A stretch of 63,918 nt of DNA, counting the filler, from Moniliella sp. 'wahieum' (Eukaryota): the NCBI GenBank assembly GCA_003971905.1. It is 3 parts of 3 records of this genome, joined end to end, with 100 filler letters (N's around TTAATTAATTAA, not from the genome) between each part and the next. Parts side by side here need not be neighbours in the genome. Positions count along the whole stretch, not along the records: positions 46,932 to 63,918 come from RSEE01000201.1; 2 more parts are not named here. The stretch is one strand, 5' to 3'. The notes beneath the pieces are model-generated. The model was not told the DNA's origin. It was given only the letters and a program-made list of their open reading frames with translations, and did not search any database. Below are positions 61,971 to 63,918 of the stretch, in pieces (the first letter of the stretch is position 1; each line of letters opens with the position of its first letter). Both the position numbers and the translations under genes were made by a program.

Positions 61971-63918
61971 CCCCTTCGTCCTTTGAAGACAAGACGCGCG
62001 ACGCTATTACGTCGTATTGCCATCCGCTCTCCGCCGTCCCTCAGGCACACGCGGTATAAGGGATGAAACCTTGTTCGACACGGAGGCCAAGCAAAACACC
62101 AACGTACAATCCTTGTGCAACGGGTGCGTAGCACTGTTTCCTTGGTCTTCCCTGCGGGTGACTACGTCTATGGTTACACTTCCGCTGTGCGAGCTAAGGT
62201 ATAAGGATCACTCCATCCAACCGCACCACCCCTGTAAGACATGGATCAAGGCGCTTTTGCTTGATTTCCCTGCCGACCCTGTTGCAAAACCACAACCTAG
62301 GAGCCGGACTATGCATTCGCGGTGCGTTGGCTGCCCAAGAATGCAAAACAAGCAAAATGTGTATCCGCAGAACGTTCTGGACTGCGTGCGCTACTTTGGC
62401 TACGAATGTGTCCAAGGTACTCTTGAATGGAGATGGGGCGAGCAATGGAAAACTTATTCCTCTCCACCTTTCCACCGCCCTTCTCCGCCTTGCCCGCCGT
62501 CTGGAGGTCGTGGCGAATCGTGTGCCCCCTTCCGTGATGCGCGTGAACTATGGCAGTGGGACCTAGCGTACACCAACTGCTCAGGCGCGCACGCGCCAAG
62601 CCATGCAGTCGATGTCGGCTGTGCTCAGCCCAATCTGGCAGCCGAGGCGAACCACGCGGCAGTTCCAATTCGGATCCATCGAGTGGTGAAGTGCGCTGTG
62701 CTCTCGCCGCCGGGCAGCAACCGGGCAGCAAAAAGGTGCGGCGTCGGTTGAAAGAGGCGGCCGGTCGATTGGGAAGAGCGTATTTAGATCATCCCGACGA
62801 TTACCGTGTTCAAGCTGAGTGCCCTGGAGAAGGCGGGCTTGCGGGGGGGGCTTCGGGGCCGACGTTTGTGCCACCCTCAAGGCCTATCCGGAGGTGGCTT
62901 GACCGCCAGCTATGGAGAAGGGCTCTGCAGAGCGCCAGCGTTCCGATGATTTGACCTGTGCACGCCGCCAGGTCAAAGAAGGCATGCTGGGGCGTGCAGC
63001 GCATATGTTGCGTCCCCAGGATGCGGTGGTGGAGCTTGGCCCGAACACAGTCGGCCCTGCGTGCAAAGCACCCTGCAGGCCCGAATCACTCGCTGGCTGT
63101 TTGGTGGTTCAGCAGATGTCGAAGCGGGCCCCGCCTGGTTTAACAGGCGACGCCGCAGGCGGACGCCGGTGAGCCCCCAATGGTTTTGGAGTTGGATGAT
63201 AAGGACATCTATCGCGCGGCAAGCAGCTTCTCCGGGACGTGGGGGAGGCGTGGCGGATGGTCTGTACCTGTCCTCCAGTTGGCTAAAGCATGATAACTTT
63301 AGAGCAGCTCTCAAAGGCATGGCATGTGCCATGTTTCATGGGACGTGCCGGGTACTCAGCTGTTGTGCACCAGCCGGTTGACGGCGCTTGCGAAGCCTGA
63401 CGGGAGTAAGTAAGACCGATCGCCTGTGGTGAGCTACTTTACCGCGTAGTGGCCAAGGCACTTCTTCTTCATTGGATGTGATTACTCTCTGCTCATACGC
63501 AGTTGGGCGTCAAGTCCAAGTGCGGTGTGGAGCCGATTGTGCGGCTTATGGATCGTTTGGTTGTGGGGAGGAGAGGGACCCGGCTTGGTCCAAGTTCAAC
63601 TATGTGCTGTCGTTGGATTTAAGAATGCGTTTCAACTCGTGACCAGGCAGCGGCGTCCCAGGCAGGGTAAGTGACGATTCGCCGAGCTCCTTCCTTTCTT
63701 TCGTTGGGCTTATGGGAAGCACACCAGTTGGTGTTGGGTGGCGCATGCTGCTTTGGAACCCTCCTTAGCCAGCAGGGAGTGAGGCAGGGCGACCCCTTTG
63801 GGCCCGTCTTCTTCTCGTCGGCATCCGCAGTATGCTCGAGCAGGCACAGTGCACATTGGGCGACGATGGGTTGGTGGTGTCATATTTGGACAACACTTAT
63901 GTATTGTCGCGCAATGCC

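Overview
Eukaryotic fungal DNA, most likely a GC-rich basidiomycete (inferred from gene content, intron signals and 5S layout). Three contigs are joined by artificial 100-bp N/TTAATTAATTAA linkers, giving 1-25362, 25463-46831 and 46932-63918; adjacency across the linkers is not meaningful. Single-base indels break even essential genes such as GUA1, so most frameshifts are probably consensus errors. Contig 1 has about 11 kb of lower-GC gene-poor DNA (a perfect 121-bp inverted repeat and a candidate 291-bp mini-Helitron). It continues with long microsatellites, a YAP-type bZIP gene, a Ty3/gypsy RNase H-integrase fragment with no RT, EXO84, cyclin L and a PPX1/Prune-like DHH phosphatase. Contig 2 has a putative single-pass membrane protein, GMP synthase, a JTB-like protein, a GH79 glycosidase and a Ulp/C48 SUMO protease. 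Its intergenic tracts are rich in micro-palindromes, and it ends in a G-rich 28-29-nt TTAGGG-containing repeat. Contig 3 has ITS2, 28S rRNA, IGS1 and 5S rRNA, then leaves the rDNA array into decayed L1-like LINE sequence mixed with rDNA fragments. The most intriguing signal is a 70-bp 28S fragment that begins at the known R1 retrotransposon target sequence and is fused to a LINE ORF1-like zinc-knuckle ORF, which hints at an rDNA-associated fungal non-LTR element.
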